Part shown: positions 7,957-17,656 of the stretch, piece after piece | Position numbering within the stretch: the first letter of the stretch is position 1 | Layout of the letters: the number at the start of each line of letters is the position of its first letter | Origin: a virus | Taxonomy: Duplodnaviria; Caudoviricetes | Virus record (IMG/VR): IMGVR_UViG_3300003660_000066 | Location: 1-55,205 of that record | Length of the DNA stretch: 55,205 nucleotides | Strand: one strand, 5' to 3' | The notes under the pieces: generated by a model | The model's input: only the letters and a program-made list of their open reading frames with translations | Database searches by the model: none | What the model was told of the DNA's origin: nothing | Translations under genes and position numbers: made by a program

Positions 7957-9015
7957 CTACTTTTTCCGTCCGAAGATGTGGATCTTGCCAGCAGCGATAT
8001 TGCCGCTGCTCATCTGAAATCTGACGCCGGTGATGGCGCCGACTCCGCCGGTCCACTCGCCGACAAACTGGATATTGTTCACGGCGCCGGGCGCGCTATT
8101 GATTGCTCGGCCCCAGATCTTCTTATGCCCGCCGCCGTTCACGCCGTTGATGCGCAGGCTGCCGGACAGGCCCTTGTTCGCCGCATTCGAAACGCGATTG
8201 CCGCCGCCGGATAGTTGGATGTGAGTCGTCGACGACGCAAAGGCGTAGGAACTGTCGAGAATGCCCGCGCCAGCGACATAATCCGCTGTCTGAAACGCGC
8301 CCCCGGAATGAACCTGCATCTGGAAATCGACATTGTTCGTCGCCGCCAGAATGTTCTCGAAGACGATCTCATATTCATCATAGTCGGCGATGAAATTCGT
8401 CGTGTCGGACAGGCTCGGCGAGTCCGAAGCGACCAGCGTCGCGAGCCACACCCAATTGCCGATCGCGGCCTGCGCCTTTGGAACCTGCGTCGCGGTCGCC
8501 AGCGGCCCGAGGCCGAGCGTCGCGCGCGCCTCGGCGGCGTCCTCGGATTCAATCAGCGACTGGCCGAAGATGGTGATGCCGAGCTGGTCAGAAATGACAG
8601 GGATTTCGTTTGGGACTTTGCGCCAGACGCCGTCGAGAAAGATCGCGAGATCGTTGATCCGCCACTCGACGATGCCGCCAAGCGGCGTCGCGCCCGCCAC
8701 TGCGACGCGGAGCACATAGCCTTCCAGCCCCGCGCCAGATGCGGCGAGCGGCGGCGAATTGATCGCGGCGTTCCAGACGCCGACCGGAACCAATGTCCCG
8801 CTGGTCGCGACAATATCCTGCAGGAGCCGGATCCAGCTCCCGTCGACGCCGGGGGTTGCATCCGTCTTAGAGAGGGCGATCCAGAGCGCGCTCGCGAAAC
8901 TGACGACAGAGCCGGACGGATAGTCGCCGGCGACCCATGGCGCATAGGCTCTCGAACCCCAGGAGTCGCGATTGGCGGGGTCAGCGAGCGGGAAGACGAT
9001 GTCGGTCGGAAGCAT
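7957..9015 (-). CDS. Tail-fibre-like protein (paralogue 2)
   Basis: First ~170 aa homologous to 6517-7953, with a different C-terminal domain. Confidence 0.65.
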   Translation of the reverse strand: MLPTDIVFPLADPANRDSWGSRAYAPWVAGDYPSGSVVSFASALWIALSKTDATPGVDGSWIRLLQDIVATSGTLVPVGVWNAAINSPPLAASGAGLEGYVLRVAVAGATPLGGIVEWRINDLAIFLDGVWRKVPNEIPVISDQLGITIFGQSLIESEDAAEARATLGLGPLATATQVPKAQAAIGNWVWLATLVASDSPSLSDTTNFIADYDEYEIVFENILAATNNVDFQMQVHSGGAFQTADYVAGAGILDSSYAFASSTTHIQLSGGGNRVSNAANKGLSGSLRINGVNGGGHKKIWGRAINSAPGAVNNIQFVGEWTGGVGAITGVRFQMSSGNIAAGKIHIFGRKK

Positions 9016-9024
9016 GACCGCGCG

Positions 9025-9534
9025 TCAGTGTTCTTTGGCGAGTTCGACGAGGGCTTTGGCGACGTCCGCATCAAGCGGCGGCCACAGCGCGTCATCGGAA
9101 ATGTCCCGCGTATCCATTTCCTTTGCGTCGCCGAGACGCTTGGCGGCAGCGATCATCGCGCGCTCCCACAGTCCGGCCGCGACAAGCGTGCCGAGATGCG
9201 CTTCCTGCGTTTTTGATCTCTCGCCCGACGCAGCGAGGAGCGCAAGATAACCGTAAAGCGAGAGCCGGCGGCCCGAGTCGGCATAGGCGGTGCACACGCG
9301 CCGCAGGCGCTCGGCGCGGATCTCCATCAGCCAGACGTCGCGCGGCTTCGGCGGCGGCTCGAACGGATCGATCGGCCCGAATTCACCAGCCATCGCGCGA
9401 GCGAAGGCGTCGCTACCCTCCTTCACGGTCGCGGGGTGCGAACCGTCGACGCCGGGAATGAACACATGGAGGTCGATCAAGGTCTTCGCGGCGTCGCCGA
9501 AACGCGGCGCGCGGGAAATATCTACGCGAACCAT
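9025..9534 (-). CDS. Tail fibre assembly protein candidate
   Basis: Follows the fibre gene; AGEFGPIDPFEPP and DDALWP motifs. Confidence 0.55.
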   Translation of the reverse strand: MVRVDISRAPRFGDAAKTLIDLHVFIPGVDGSHPATVKEGSDAFARAMAGEFGPIDPFEPPPKPRDVWLMEIRAERLRRVCTAYADSGRRLSLYGYLALLAASGERSKTQEAHLGTLVAAGLWERAMIAAAKRLGDAKEMDTRDISDDALWPPLDADVAKALVELAKEH

Positions 9535-9541
9535 GAGAGCC

Positions 9542-10435
9542 TCACGCGATGCGGCGCCAGCGGAATTCCCAGACCGTCACGAATCCCTCATTGCTGCCCC
9601 ACGACGTTTCGTCGAGCCGCCATGTGCCGGTGAGGTTTGCGCCATTCCAATAGCCATTGTCGGCGGTCTGGCTGCGCTTGAACTGGCTCGCCGTGACGCC
9701 GGGAACCGCGCCGGCGTCGAGCTGTGCGCCTGAAGCCGTCATGCCGATGTAATAGCCATGGCTGAAGGGCGTGGCGCCAAGCGCGCCGCCCGCGCCGGTC
9801 GTCACATATTGACCGACCTCCGTGCCATATCTGAAGGAGGGAATGCTGGCGATGAGCGGACTGTTCGGCGTGCCGTCGCCGGTGATCGTGTTGCCGTCGG
9901 TCTTGACGCCGTAGTTCGTGTTGAGGATGCGGAACTGCGCCCCGTCGTATTGAGCGCAGATCAATCGGCCGGTCTTGACGTCGCCGGCCTGCAAGGCGCT
10001 GTTGTCGCCGCGCTTCAGATTCTTGACGACCGAGCCGCCGCCGTCGAGCATGATCTCGATCGTCGCCGGCCCCGGCGAGTCATTGGTCGGCACGAAGAAG
10101 ATCATGAAGCCCGTCGAGACCGACGTGGCGACGGGCGAGGGCGTCATCTTCGGCGCGTTGGCGACGCCGACGTCGACGCCGAAATGCACGAGCGAGGCGT
10201 CGCTCGGCCCGCCGCCGGGCGCCGGCAGCAGCGCGAGAATCGCCTGCCTGACCTGGGTGAGATCGCCGCCGGACGGCGTCAGGCCGGCATAGGTGATCAG
10301 GTCGAGCAGCTCCGCCTGCAGATGATTGAAAAATTTCGCCGGCGGAATCGAGCCGTCGACGCCATGCGCGGCGTCGAGATCGACATAGGGCGCGTCCGGA
10401 ACGCTCGGCTGATCATACGGCTGAATATACTTCAA
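9542..10435 (-). CDS. Baseplate-anchored tail fibre (Mu gp49-like N-terminus)
   Basis: TTG start; GSIPPAKFFNHLQAELLDLITYAGLTPS...LTQVRQAI anchor motif; directly after the YmfQ-like gene. Confidence 0.75.
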   Translation of the reverse strand: MKYIQPYDQPSVPDAPYVDLDAAHGVDGSIPPAKFFNHLQAELLDLITYAGLTPSGGDLTQVRQAILALLPAPGGGPSDASLVHFGVDVGVANAPKMTPSPVATSVSTGFMIFFVPTNDSPGPATIEIMLDGGGSVVKNLKRGDNSALQAGDVKTGRLICAQYDGAQFRILNTNYGVKTDGNTITGDGTPNSPLIASIPSFRYGTEVGQYVTTGAGGALGATPFSHGYYIGMTASGAQLDAGAVPGVTASQFKRSQTADNGYWNGANLTGTWRLDETSWGSNEGFVTVWEFRWRRIA

Positions 10436-10452
10436 TTTTTATCTCCGTTCGA

Positions 10453-11172
10453 TCAGGAGAAGGGCGGCGGCGGATCGCCGGTGTAGACGTAGTGGAAGCG
10501 GATCTGCGTATGCGCCGGCTTCCATTTGTTGAGCAGGCATTCGAGGTCCTTGGCGCGGCCGAAGGTGCCGAGCGGATCCTTGCCGCAGCGCGAGCCGCCA
10601 GCGCGAAACCAGATGATCTCTGACGAAGGGATGAAGACTTCCCAGAAGACCTCGTTATTGGGCCCGCCGATCTGCGTATGCCCGCAGCGCCCCTCGCCGC
10701 AGCGAAAGACGACGAATTCCTTGATCTCGATTTCATAGCCGAGCGTCAGCGCGAGGCATTTGAAATAGGCCGCCGACTGTCCGCCCTGCGCCGCGACCTT
10801 CATGCGCAGCAGCAGTTTGCGCCGGTCCACGGTCTGCGGAACATCGGCGATGCACGGCTCCGGCAGGCCGAATTCATGCTCCCAATCGGCGAGCGACTCA
10901 TTCGCCGGATCTTCCGGGCCGATCAGCGTCGCTGCGGTCGAATTGAGCGCGACCTTCCACAGCTTGGCGTAATAGTCGCGCAGCGGATCGGCGAGCGCGC
11001 GCCAGAAGCGATGCTGGAACGAGTCGTGATGGCCGTCGGCCATCTCGTCCGTGCGCCAGGCGGGCCCGCGCGGCGTCTGCGCGATGATCGACGGCAGCAG
11101 CGCGTCGCCGGTCGGATCGGAGAGCGCATCCGAGATCGGCGTCGGCGCGCCGGGCGGCGCGGGACAGGTCAT
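10453..11172 (-). CDS. Baseplate wedge protein, YmfQ/Mu gp48-like
   Basis: PRGPAW, LADWEHEFGLPEPC, GGQSAAYF, LECLLNKWKPAHT motifs; start placed at MTCPAPP. Confidence 0.85.
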   Translation of the reverse strand: MTCPAPPGAPTPISDALSDPTGDALLPSIIAQTPRGPAWRTDEMADGHHDSFQHRFWRALADPLRDYYAKLWKVALNSTAATLIGPEDPANESLADWEHEFGLPEPCIADVPQTVDRRKLLLRMKVAAQGGQSAAYFKCLALTLGYEIEIKEFVVFRCGEGRCGHTQIGGPNNEVFWEVFIPSSEIIWFRAGGSRCGKDPLGTFGRAKDLECLLNKWKPAHTQIRFHYVYTGDPPPPFS

Positions 11173-11223
11173 TTTTTGCTCATTCGCTCTGGGCGAGCCC
11201 AACCGCTCATGAGGGCGCGCGCC

Positions 11224-12354
11224 TTAAAACCCGAAGTCGATCTCGCCGAGGATCGGCAGGTCGCCGGCCTCGAAAACTCTGTCTTCCTTCGGCGTGATCA
11301 TGCGGTGGCGCTGATAGCCGGGCGCCCTTGCAATGGCCTCGTCGATCCAGGCGACCGGCAGGCTGAACTGATTTTCGGCGGTGACGACCGGCACGCGCTC
11401 GTAGAACATCTTCTTCAGATTGTCCTGAATCGCGGCGCGCAGATAGGACGTGTCGCCGGCAAGGCCGCCGATCGAGATGAAGACCGGCACGGGGCGCGGC
11501 GCAACAACATAGACCCGCGCCGTCACCGGCCTTGCGTTGGTCGGCGAGCCGTCGGGCGCGGCCTCAAAACGCTGCGCGACCGCAAGGAGATCATAGGCGT
11601 TCGGCACGCCGTTGAGCCGCGTCTTGTCGAACAGCGGATAGACGGTGAGCGCCGCCGCGACGGCGTTGGCGTTGGTCGTCTTGAACGGCGAGACGAAGAC
11701 GCGCGTCACGCCGGCGACTTCGAGCGCCCATTGCTCATAGTCAGATCGCGAGCCGCCATGCGGCGGTTCGCGCTTGCGCTTGAGCACGCGGGCGCGCAGC
11801 TCGTCGTCGGATTCGATGTCGGCGCCGCCTCCGAAACCGTCAGGCCCGACATTGGCGTTCGCCGGCAGGCCTGGATAGGCGGCGTCGGCGGGGATCTCGA
11901 GCGGCGTTCCCGGCAGCAGATTGCCGCTCGCGCCGGGCTCGACAGCGCGCACTTCGACGCTCGTCAGCCCATTGGCGTCCGGAACCGCCGGCGCGAGGAA
12001 CATGATCACGGCGCCATTGGGGGCGATGACATGAAACTCCGCCGGGATCGTCGCGGCGGGCAGCGTCTGCTGAAAGCTGATCAGCCCCTGCGCCGGCGCG
12101 GCGGCCTTGCGCGAGATGCCATATTCGAAGGCGTGCCGATATTCGAGATGCTCGGCGTCGGCAGAGGAGGCGAAGATCTGACGATAGAGATAATGCGCGC
12201 GCTCATAGGCGGAGCCGAGCGACAGCGCGAAGCTGCGGCCGACGACCGAGATGTTATTGGGCTCGATCCACGCATCCGTTCCCGGCATGAAGGCGCGCGC
12301 GGAGTCGCGCCAGCGCGTCCAGATGTCTCTCAGCGACGGCGTGGTGAAGGGCAT
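11224..12354 (-). CDS. Baseplate J / Mu gp47-like protein
   Basis: GGADIESDDELRARV and PPHGGSRSDYEQWALEVAGVTR motifs. Confidence 0.92.
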   Translation of the reverse strand: MPFTTPSLRDIWTRWRDSARAFMPGTDAWIEPNNISVVGRSFALSLGSAYERAHYLYRQIFASSADAEHLEYRHAFEYGISRKAAAPAQGLISFQQTLPAATIPAEFHVIAPNGAVIMFLAPAVPDANGLTSVEVRAVEPGASGNLLPGTPLEIPADAAYPGLPANANVGPDGFGGGADIESDDELRARVLKRKREPPHGGSRSDYEQWALEVAGVTRVFVSPFKTTNANAVAAALTVYPLFDKTRLNGVPNAYDLLAVAQRFEAAPDGSPTNARPVTARVYVVAPRPVPVFISIGGLAGDTSYLRAAIQDNLKKMFYERVPVVTAENQFSLPVAWIDEAIARAPGYQRHRMITPKEDRVFEAGDLPILGEIDFGF

Positions 12355-12379
12355 GTCGCCTCTTTAAGCTTGCAGCGGC

Positions 12380-12967
12380 TCAGGCTTGCAGCGGACGCGC
12401 GACGCCGAGCGAGGCCTTCCAGAGCAGCGCGAAATTGACGCTCGCCGCGCGCTGGCCGGATTCGCGAAAGCCGTCGACGGTCATCTCCAGCCGGCCGAGT
12501 TCGTAATTCGGCGTCGCCGCGATCTTGAATTCGGCGACGGCGTTCTGATCGATCAGCGTCTGCAGCGCCTCATGCGCGAAGACGATCGAGAGATCGGCGA
12601 TCTCCTGCGTCAGCTCGCGGCGGCGCAGCTGCCAGAGGCGGGAGCCGAGCGGCGCGAGGTCTGGATCGATCGCGTCTCCCGCCCAGCCGCGCGGGTCGCC
12701 GGAGCCGTCCGGAATGAAATCATTCGTCTCGGCGCGGCGGTCCGACATCAGGCAGAGCAGAATGGCGGTATGCAGCGGCGCCCGCGCGCGCAGGCCGCCG
12801 GATGGATTGACCGGCGCGCCGCCAAAGTCGTCGGAGAAATCATTCGAGAAGTCGCCGGCGGTCGCCTTCTCCGGCGCCCAATCGCCGACGAAGCCGTCCC
12901 AGACCGTGTCCCAGAGATAGTTCGGCTCGGCCTTGATGCGCTCGACGATGTTGAGAGAGACGCTCAT
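12380..12967 (-). CDS. Mu gp46-like baseplate protein
   Basis: LHTAILLCLMSDRRA, RGWAGD, LGSRLWQLRR, EALQTLID motifs. Confidence 0.88.
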   Translation of the reverse strand: MSVSLNIVERIKAEPNYLWDTVWDGFVGDWAPEKATAGDFSNDFSDDFGGAPVNPSGGLRARAPLHTAILLCLMSDRRAETNDFIPDGSGDPRGWAGDAIDPDLAPLGSRLWQLRRRELTQEIADLSIVFAHEALQTLIDQNAVAEFKIAATPNYELGRLEMTVDGFRESGQRAASVNFALLWKASLGVARPLQA

Positions 12968-13013
12968 CTTTGCTCACTCGCTCTGCGCCAGCGCAACCGC
13001 TCGTGAGAGCCGG

Positions 13014-13583
13014 TCACTTCTTCGCATAGACGTTCGACGAATAGACGCCGCCTTCGAGCGCGACGCGGGCGCAGTCGCTCCCGTCAGAAGAGCCGAGATA
13101 GACCTTGCCTTCGGAGGCGACGAACACATCGCCCTTGGCGGTGATCTTCACCTTGCCCTTCTTCGTCTCGACGGTGACGTCTTTTTCCTTCACCGTGACG
13201 GAGAAGCCGCCCTTTTCGACGGTCGTCGCATGATCGCCCTTGGCGACCGCCGTTGCGACGCCATCGTCGGCGAGCGCGCCGACCGAATTGCCGGCCTTGT
13301 CGTAAAGCTTCGACTGGCCTTCCTTCAGCTTCGTCGGGCGGTGATCGTCATGCTCGCCGCCGAAAAACACCGAGCGGTTGCGCTCGCCGCCGAGCGAGCC
13401 GACGACGCCGGTCGAGCCTTTCGGCGGATGAGAGGAGAAGCCGAACGGCTGCGGCCGATAGACCTCCGAATGCTTCTCGCCGGCGAGGCCGTGATGCGTG
13501 ACGGTCTGCTGCTTGCCTTCGTCGTCGACCTCGAGCAGCTCGGCGAGCGCGAATTGCGGATGATAGCCGCGGGGCGGACGCAT
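13014..13583 (-). CDS. Baseplate spike, Mu gp45-like
   Basis: QPFGFSSHPP, LGGERN, RPTKLKEGQSKLYD motifs. Confidence 0.85.
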   Translation of the reverse strand: MRPPRGYHPQFALAELLEVDDEGKQQTVTHHGLAGEKHSEVYRPQPFGFSSHPPKGSTGVVGSLGGERNRSVFFGGEHDDHRPTKLKEGQSKLYDKAGNSVGALADDGVATAVAKGDHATTVEKGGFSVTVKEKDVTVETKKGKVKITAKGDVFVASEGKVYLGSSDGSDCARVALEGGVYSSNVYAKK

Positions 13584-13638
13584 TAAGAACTCCAGCGGTG
13601 AGGCGGTGCGCGCAGCCCGAAGACTGCGCGCGTGAGGA

Positions 13639-13914
13639 TCAATCGGCTTGCGTGAAGTCGAGATAGTATTCCTTGCCGACTTCGAAGCACTCGACCGCGG
13701 CGGCGCTGACGATGCTCAATTCAAGCTTCCCGCCCGGCGAAGCCTGCCAGAACTTCGTGTTTTCGTGATTGGGATCGCCATTTCCATAAACCGGCGACAT
13801 GACGACCGTGCGCGCTGGCGTCGGATAGGTCTGTTTTGCGTCAGGATCATAAACATGCGTGATCAGGTGAGTGATCTGGTCACAGCGAAACTTCGCTCGG
13901 ACAGTTGATTGCAT
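13639..13914 (-). CDS. Hypothetical protein inserted in the baseplate cluster
   Basis: VRAKFRC...ENTKFWQASPGG...GKEYYLDF; AGAAGG upstream. Confidence 0.7.
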   Translation of the reverse strand: MQSTVRAKFRCDQITHLITHVYDPDAKQTYPTPARTVVMSPVYGNGDPNHENTKFWQASPGGKLELSIVSAAAVECFEVGKEYYLDFTQAD

Positions 13915-13960
13915 CTGCCTTCTCCTTTTTTGCCCGGAAACCGCCGGACGCGGATTTGCG

Positions 13961-15013
13961 TTACTCCAGCCCCGTATCCCATGCGGCGTTCGACTTGCCC
14001 TTGCCGTCCTTGCCGCCGAGCGCCTGCGGATCGACGAGCGACAGCGTCGTCACCGTGCCTTCCGAGTCGTTCTGCAGGAATCGCAGATGGCGGATCGCCA
14101 TCACCTGCGAAATCTTCAAGCGTTTCGATTCGACGAAGACCAGCTTCTCCGGATCCCACAGATCGCCGTTCGAATCGCGCCAGCCCCTGACTTTGATCGT
14201 CGCCGTCGTCGCCCAGCCGGCCGCCCGGGCCACCTGCCATTTGGCGCGCTCCTTCAGGCGCTCGTCGTCGGTCTCGCCCTCGGCGAGAACGATCATCGGG
14301 CGATGCCGCTCGACGGTCTTGTCGCGCGAGACATATTCGAGCCGATGTGCCTTCTCGCCGGAGCCGAGCCGCTTCTGGCCGCGGGCGATGACGCGGTCGT
14401 GCTTGCCGCGCTCGGAGAGCTGCGCCGCCGCCTGGATGATGTTGACGCCTTCCTGAATGGCGCCGCCGTGCATGCCGAATTTGTCGGCCTTGGTGAGCTT
14501 CAGCCCACCGTCGGCCAGGCCGACGATCAGCGCGCCTTCCTGACGCGCAAGCGCTTCCAGTTCCTCGAAAACCGTCGAGCCCGGCGCGAGTCGCCAGACC
14601 GGGATTTCCTTCGACTTCAATTCGGATTGCAGATCAATCTTGAACGGCTTTAACAGATCCTTGCCGATCTCGTCGATCTTCTTTTTCTTCCATTCGCCGT
14701 TCTCATGCACGGCGGAGGAGTCGACCGCGTCCTTGGCCTTGGAGCGCCCGGAGATGACGGCGCGGTGATAATCGACGCCGAACTCCGGCGCATAATCGTC
14801 GACGAAGCCCTTGACCAGCAGCGAGCCTGAGGCGCGCACCGAGACTTCTGCGCCGGGGCGAAACGTCCAATCATCCTGAATGAGCTGATTTGGCTCCGCC
14901 GCGATGATCGAGAAGGCGCGGACGGCCTGCTGCGCGCCAGCTTCGACCGTCGCTTCCAGCCAGGTCGAATATTGCCGGCCACGCGTTTCGACTGTCACAA
15001 ACTCGAAAGCCAA
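13961..15013 (-). CDS. Baseplate hub, Mu gp44 (P)-like
   Basis: ISGRSKAKDAVDSS and GWRDSNGDLWDP motifs; position. Confidence 0.85.
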   Translation of the reverse strand: MAFEFVTVETRGRQYSTWLEATVEAGAQQAVRAFSIIAAEPNQLIQDDWTFRPGAEVSVRASGSLLVKGFVDDYAPEFGVDYHRAVISGRSKAKDAVDSSAVHENGEWKKKKIDEIGKDLLKPFKIDLQSELKSKEIPVWRLAPGSTVFEELEALARQEGALIVGLADGGLKLTKADKFGMHGGAIQEGVNIIQAAAQLSERGKHDRVIARGQKRLGSGEKAHRLEYVSRDKTVERHRPMIVLAEGETDDERLKERAKWQVARAAGWATTATIKVRGWRDSNGDLWDPEKLVFVESKRLKISQVMAIRHLRFLQNDSEGTVTTLSLVDPQALGGKDGKGKSNAAWDTGLE

Positions 15014-15018
15014 AGCCG

Positions 15019-16212
15019 CTACCTCGCAGCCGCCTCAAACACCGTCGGCATGAAGCATGGCGTCGCGACCCGGTTGCGCTGCGCCAGCTCCAGGCCTCTG
15101 TTCGGATCGCCATAGAGCCGATAGGCCAGCACATTCGACGGCAGCGACACGCCGAGCTCGACGATGATCACCGGCGCGAGGTCCGGGATGCGGCTCGACA
15201 GATGGCGCGCCGCAAGCCCATAGATGTCGTCGAAGGCCGCGCAGGCCATAGAGCCGAGTTCGGCGTAGACCGAAGTCACCGCGCCGGCCAGTTGGCCGAT
15301 CTTCGCCCGCGCGGCCTGCGCCGAGGCACGATCGAGATAGTCTGAGACCGCATAGAGCCGCGTGGCGTGCGCCGCGTAGAACACGGCGGCGGCGAGCGGC
15401 ACAATCGAGACGAGCGGCGAGATACCCCATTGGCCGAGCGAGGCCTGTCGATCCTTCAGCGCCTTGTCGGTCATGTCGACGAGCAGCTGCACCGGATCGC
15501 CGCCGGAAGCCTCTGTGACGATCGTATCGAGCGCGCCGCCGAGCGTCGCCAGCGCGCCCGCCGCATCGGCGGAATGGTCGGAGAGATCCGACCGCGCGTC
15601 GGCGATCGTCAGCCTGACGTCGCTGTCCTTATTCGCCGGCAACGGCGTTGCGGCGCGGAAACGCTCGATATCGTCGGCGACGACGATCGACGCTTCGCGC
15701 ATGTCCGCCAGGATGAAATCCGCCTGCGCGGAGGCGACGCCATCGCCCGGAAGGCTCAGCTGAACCGCATTGGCGATGGTCGCCGCAAGCCCCGCGGCCA
15801 TGAAGGCGAGGCCGGCTTCGCCGAGCCCCAGGGGAGCGGGCGCGAAGGCGCTGCCTTCCTCGACGAAAGTGACCTGAAAGCCGACATAATTGAGCGCCTG
15901 CCGGTTCCAGACCGGCCGCCCCTCGATCGCCCGCACGCGCAGCGCGCCGAACATCGGGATGACCAGCATGCCGGCGCCGCCCTGTTCGATGCGGGCGCGC
16001 AGCGCGGCGGAGTCCGTATCGGCGGTTTCGGAGACGAAATAGGCGGTGAGTTCGATCCGGCCGGCCTTGCGGCCCATGTCCTCGACGTCATGGCGCTCGG
16101 AGCCGGGATATTCATGAATGACGAGTCGGCGGCCGCGCTGCAGCTCCGAGGCGTCGACATAGAAGGACGCGCCGTCGAAATTCGCCTTTGGCCAGAGCCA
16201 GCTACGCGCCAT
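15019..16212 (-). CDS. Mu gp43 (N)-like 'DNA circularisation' tail protein
   Basis: ANFDGASFYV...GRRLVIHEYPG...VEDMGR N-terminus; LAYRLYGDPNR C-terminus. Confidence 0.9.
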   Translation of the reverse strand: MARSWLWPKANFDGASFYVDASELQRGRRLVIHEYPGSERHDVEDMGRKAGRIELTAYFVSETADTDSAALRARIEQGGAGMLVIPMFGALRVRAIEGRPVWNRQALNYVGFQVTFVEEGSAFAPAPLGLGEAGLAFMAAGLAATIANAVQLSLPGDGVASAQADFILADMREASIVVADDIERFRAATPLPANKDSDVRLTIADARSDLSDHSADAAGALATLGGALDTIVTEASGGDPVQLLVDMTDKALKDRQASLGQWGISPLVSIVPLAAAVFYAAHATRLYAVSDYLDRASAQAARAKIGQLAGAVTSVYAELGSMACAAFDDIYGLAARHLSSRIPDLAPVIIVELGVSLPSNVLAYRLYGDPNRGLELAQRNRVATPCFMPTVFEAAAR

Positions 16213-16370
16213 CAGTCGTCATTCCATTTGATCGGCGCGACCGTGAGGTCGCAGGGGCCGAGCGCGACGCGGAAATAGAGCTGCGCGGCGCCGGGAACGC
16301 CGAGGCGAACGAAAAGCGAGAGGACGCGCGCCAGAAGCCGGCGCGGCCGTGACAGGGCCAATCTGCGCAT
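16212..16370 (-). CDS. 52-aa basic hypothetical microprotein
   Basis: MRRLALSRPRRLLARVLSLFVRLGVPG...WNDD; GGAGG RBS and TGATG coupling to gp43. Confidence 0.55.
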   Translation of the reverse strand: MRRLALSRPRRLLARVLSLFVRLGVPGAAQLYFRVALGPCDLTVAPIKWNDD

Positions 16371-16372
16371 TG

Positions 16373-17647
16373 CTACCTCCCCGCCGTCGACGTTTGCGGA
16401 GCCGTCCCCTGCGGCGTTGCGCCGCCCGCGACGGCCCGCGGCGAGGCGCCGGTAGAGCCCGACGCGAGAAAGCGCTCGACCTGCGGGCCCCAGATGCGCC
16501 GCATGCGCTCGACATGCTGCGCGACGCTGCCGTTTCTGTCGCGCGCGCGATAGAGGCCGGGTCGGCCGGCAAGCACCGTCGAATAGGCGTCGAGCTGGCC
16601 CATGCCGGGCCTGTAGCCGCGACCGAGCAGAAAGCGCTCCGCGGAGCCGAGCTGCTCGCGGAACGTCTGCCGGTCATGCACGCCATATTCGCGCCGCTCG
16701 CGCGGCCCGAACTGGATCAGACCCATATAGCGGCCGCCCCTGCCGCCCCATTTCTTCGGGCTGAAAGAGCCGATCGTTTCATGGGCGATGATCTGCGCCA
16801 GATGCTCCGGCGGCATGCCGAGGCGTCCAGCGCTTTCTCTCAACGCGCGGGCGTTCTCGCCGGTGAAATATTCGTTTGGCCTCGCGCGGCGCGCGAGCGG
16901 CGCGCGCCCCGGCATGCGCGACGCCATCTGCTGAGCGAAGTCGCGCCGACGCTGCGCGGCGGCCGCTTCCCATTGCGCCGGCGTTCCGGTAGGCGGCGCG
17001 AAGGCGGCGCCGCGATGCATGATCCTGTTGCGCGCACTCCCAGCGGCTCGCTCCGGGCCAGCCCGACCGCTTGCCGAGTCGCCCGCAAGCGGTTGCGCTG
17101 GCGCAGAGCGAGCAGCAGAGGAAGCTGCATGCGGTGGAACCGGGACGGCGCTGCGCGGCGCCAGGCCGCGGGCGAAATCATGCGGGCCGACATCACGGGA
17201 GGTCGGCGTGTCCGGCAGGCGTCCGGAGACGCCGCGCGCAAAATCATGTGGGCCGACGCTTGAGCGGTTTTCTGCGAGCGGTCGAACCGTTTCGGAGCGA
17301 GCAGAAGAAGGCTTCGCCGGAGCGCCCGGCGCGGTTCGAGATGGCGTCGGCGCGGAGGCCGGCGCTTTTGGCGTCGTCGGACCTTCATGGCCGCGTCGAT
17401 GCGACGGCGGACGCTGAAGATCCGTAGGCGTCGCGCGATCATGTCCAATTGGCGAGAGCCGGTCGCCGCCGCGACTTTCGTGCAAATCCTGCACGAAATT
17501 CGGCGCATCGTCAGTCTCGCGCAGAGCCGCTATGTCCGCGCCAAATTCTGAAGACTGCCCCGCCGTCGCGCTCGACGATGAGCCGCCAGTTCCGTGCTGA
17601 CCAAACAGCAGCCTTGTTTCAAGCGTGACCGTGCGAGAAATCGCCAC
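16373..17647 (-). CDS. Lytic-transglycosylase-like protein with a low-complexity, repeat-rich N-terminus
   Basis: C-terminal LAQIIAHET and GLIQFG motifs; start uncertain (GTG). Confidence 0.6.
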   Translation of the reverse strand: MAISRTVTLETRLLFGQHGTGGSSSSATAGQSSEFGADIAALRETDDAPNFVQDLHESRGGDRLSPIGHDRATPTDLQRPPSHRRGHEGPTTPKAPASAPTPSRTAPGAPAKPSSARSETVRPLAENRSSVGPHDFARGVSGRLPDTPTSRDVGPHDFARGLAPRSAVPVPPHAASSAARSAPAQPLAGDSASGRAGPERAAGSARNRIMHRGAAFAPPTGTPAQWEAAAAQRRRDFAQQMASRMPGRAPLARRARPNEYFTGENARALRESAGRLGMPPEHLAQIIAHETIGSFSPKKWGGRGGRYMGLIQFGPRERREYGVHDRQTFREQLGSAERFLLGRGYRPGMGQLDAYSTVLAGRPGLYRARDRNGSVAQHVERMRRIWGPQVERFLASGSTGASPRAVAGGATPQGTAPQTSTAGR

Positions 17648-17656
17648 CGCGAAAGC

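Noticed and set aside
9511-9527. Operator-like GCGGGAAATATCTACGC in a tail gene
   Set aside because: Right half-site broken and inside a CDS; probably chance.
4683-10435. Diversity-generating retroelement or invertible fibre cassette
   Set aside because: No reverse transcriptase, invertase or adenine-specific near-identical repeat pair was seen; the fibre paralogues are too diverged.
12820-12860. DFSNDFSDDF repeat in gp46
   Set aside because: Short acidic low-complexity insert of a kind common in phage structural proteins; no further support.
13372-13397. GAGCGGT...GAGCGA inside gp45 as an eleventh hairpin copy
   Set aside because: 13-nt spacer without a proper inner stem; it encodes the conserved LGGERN motif, so likely coincidence.
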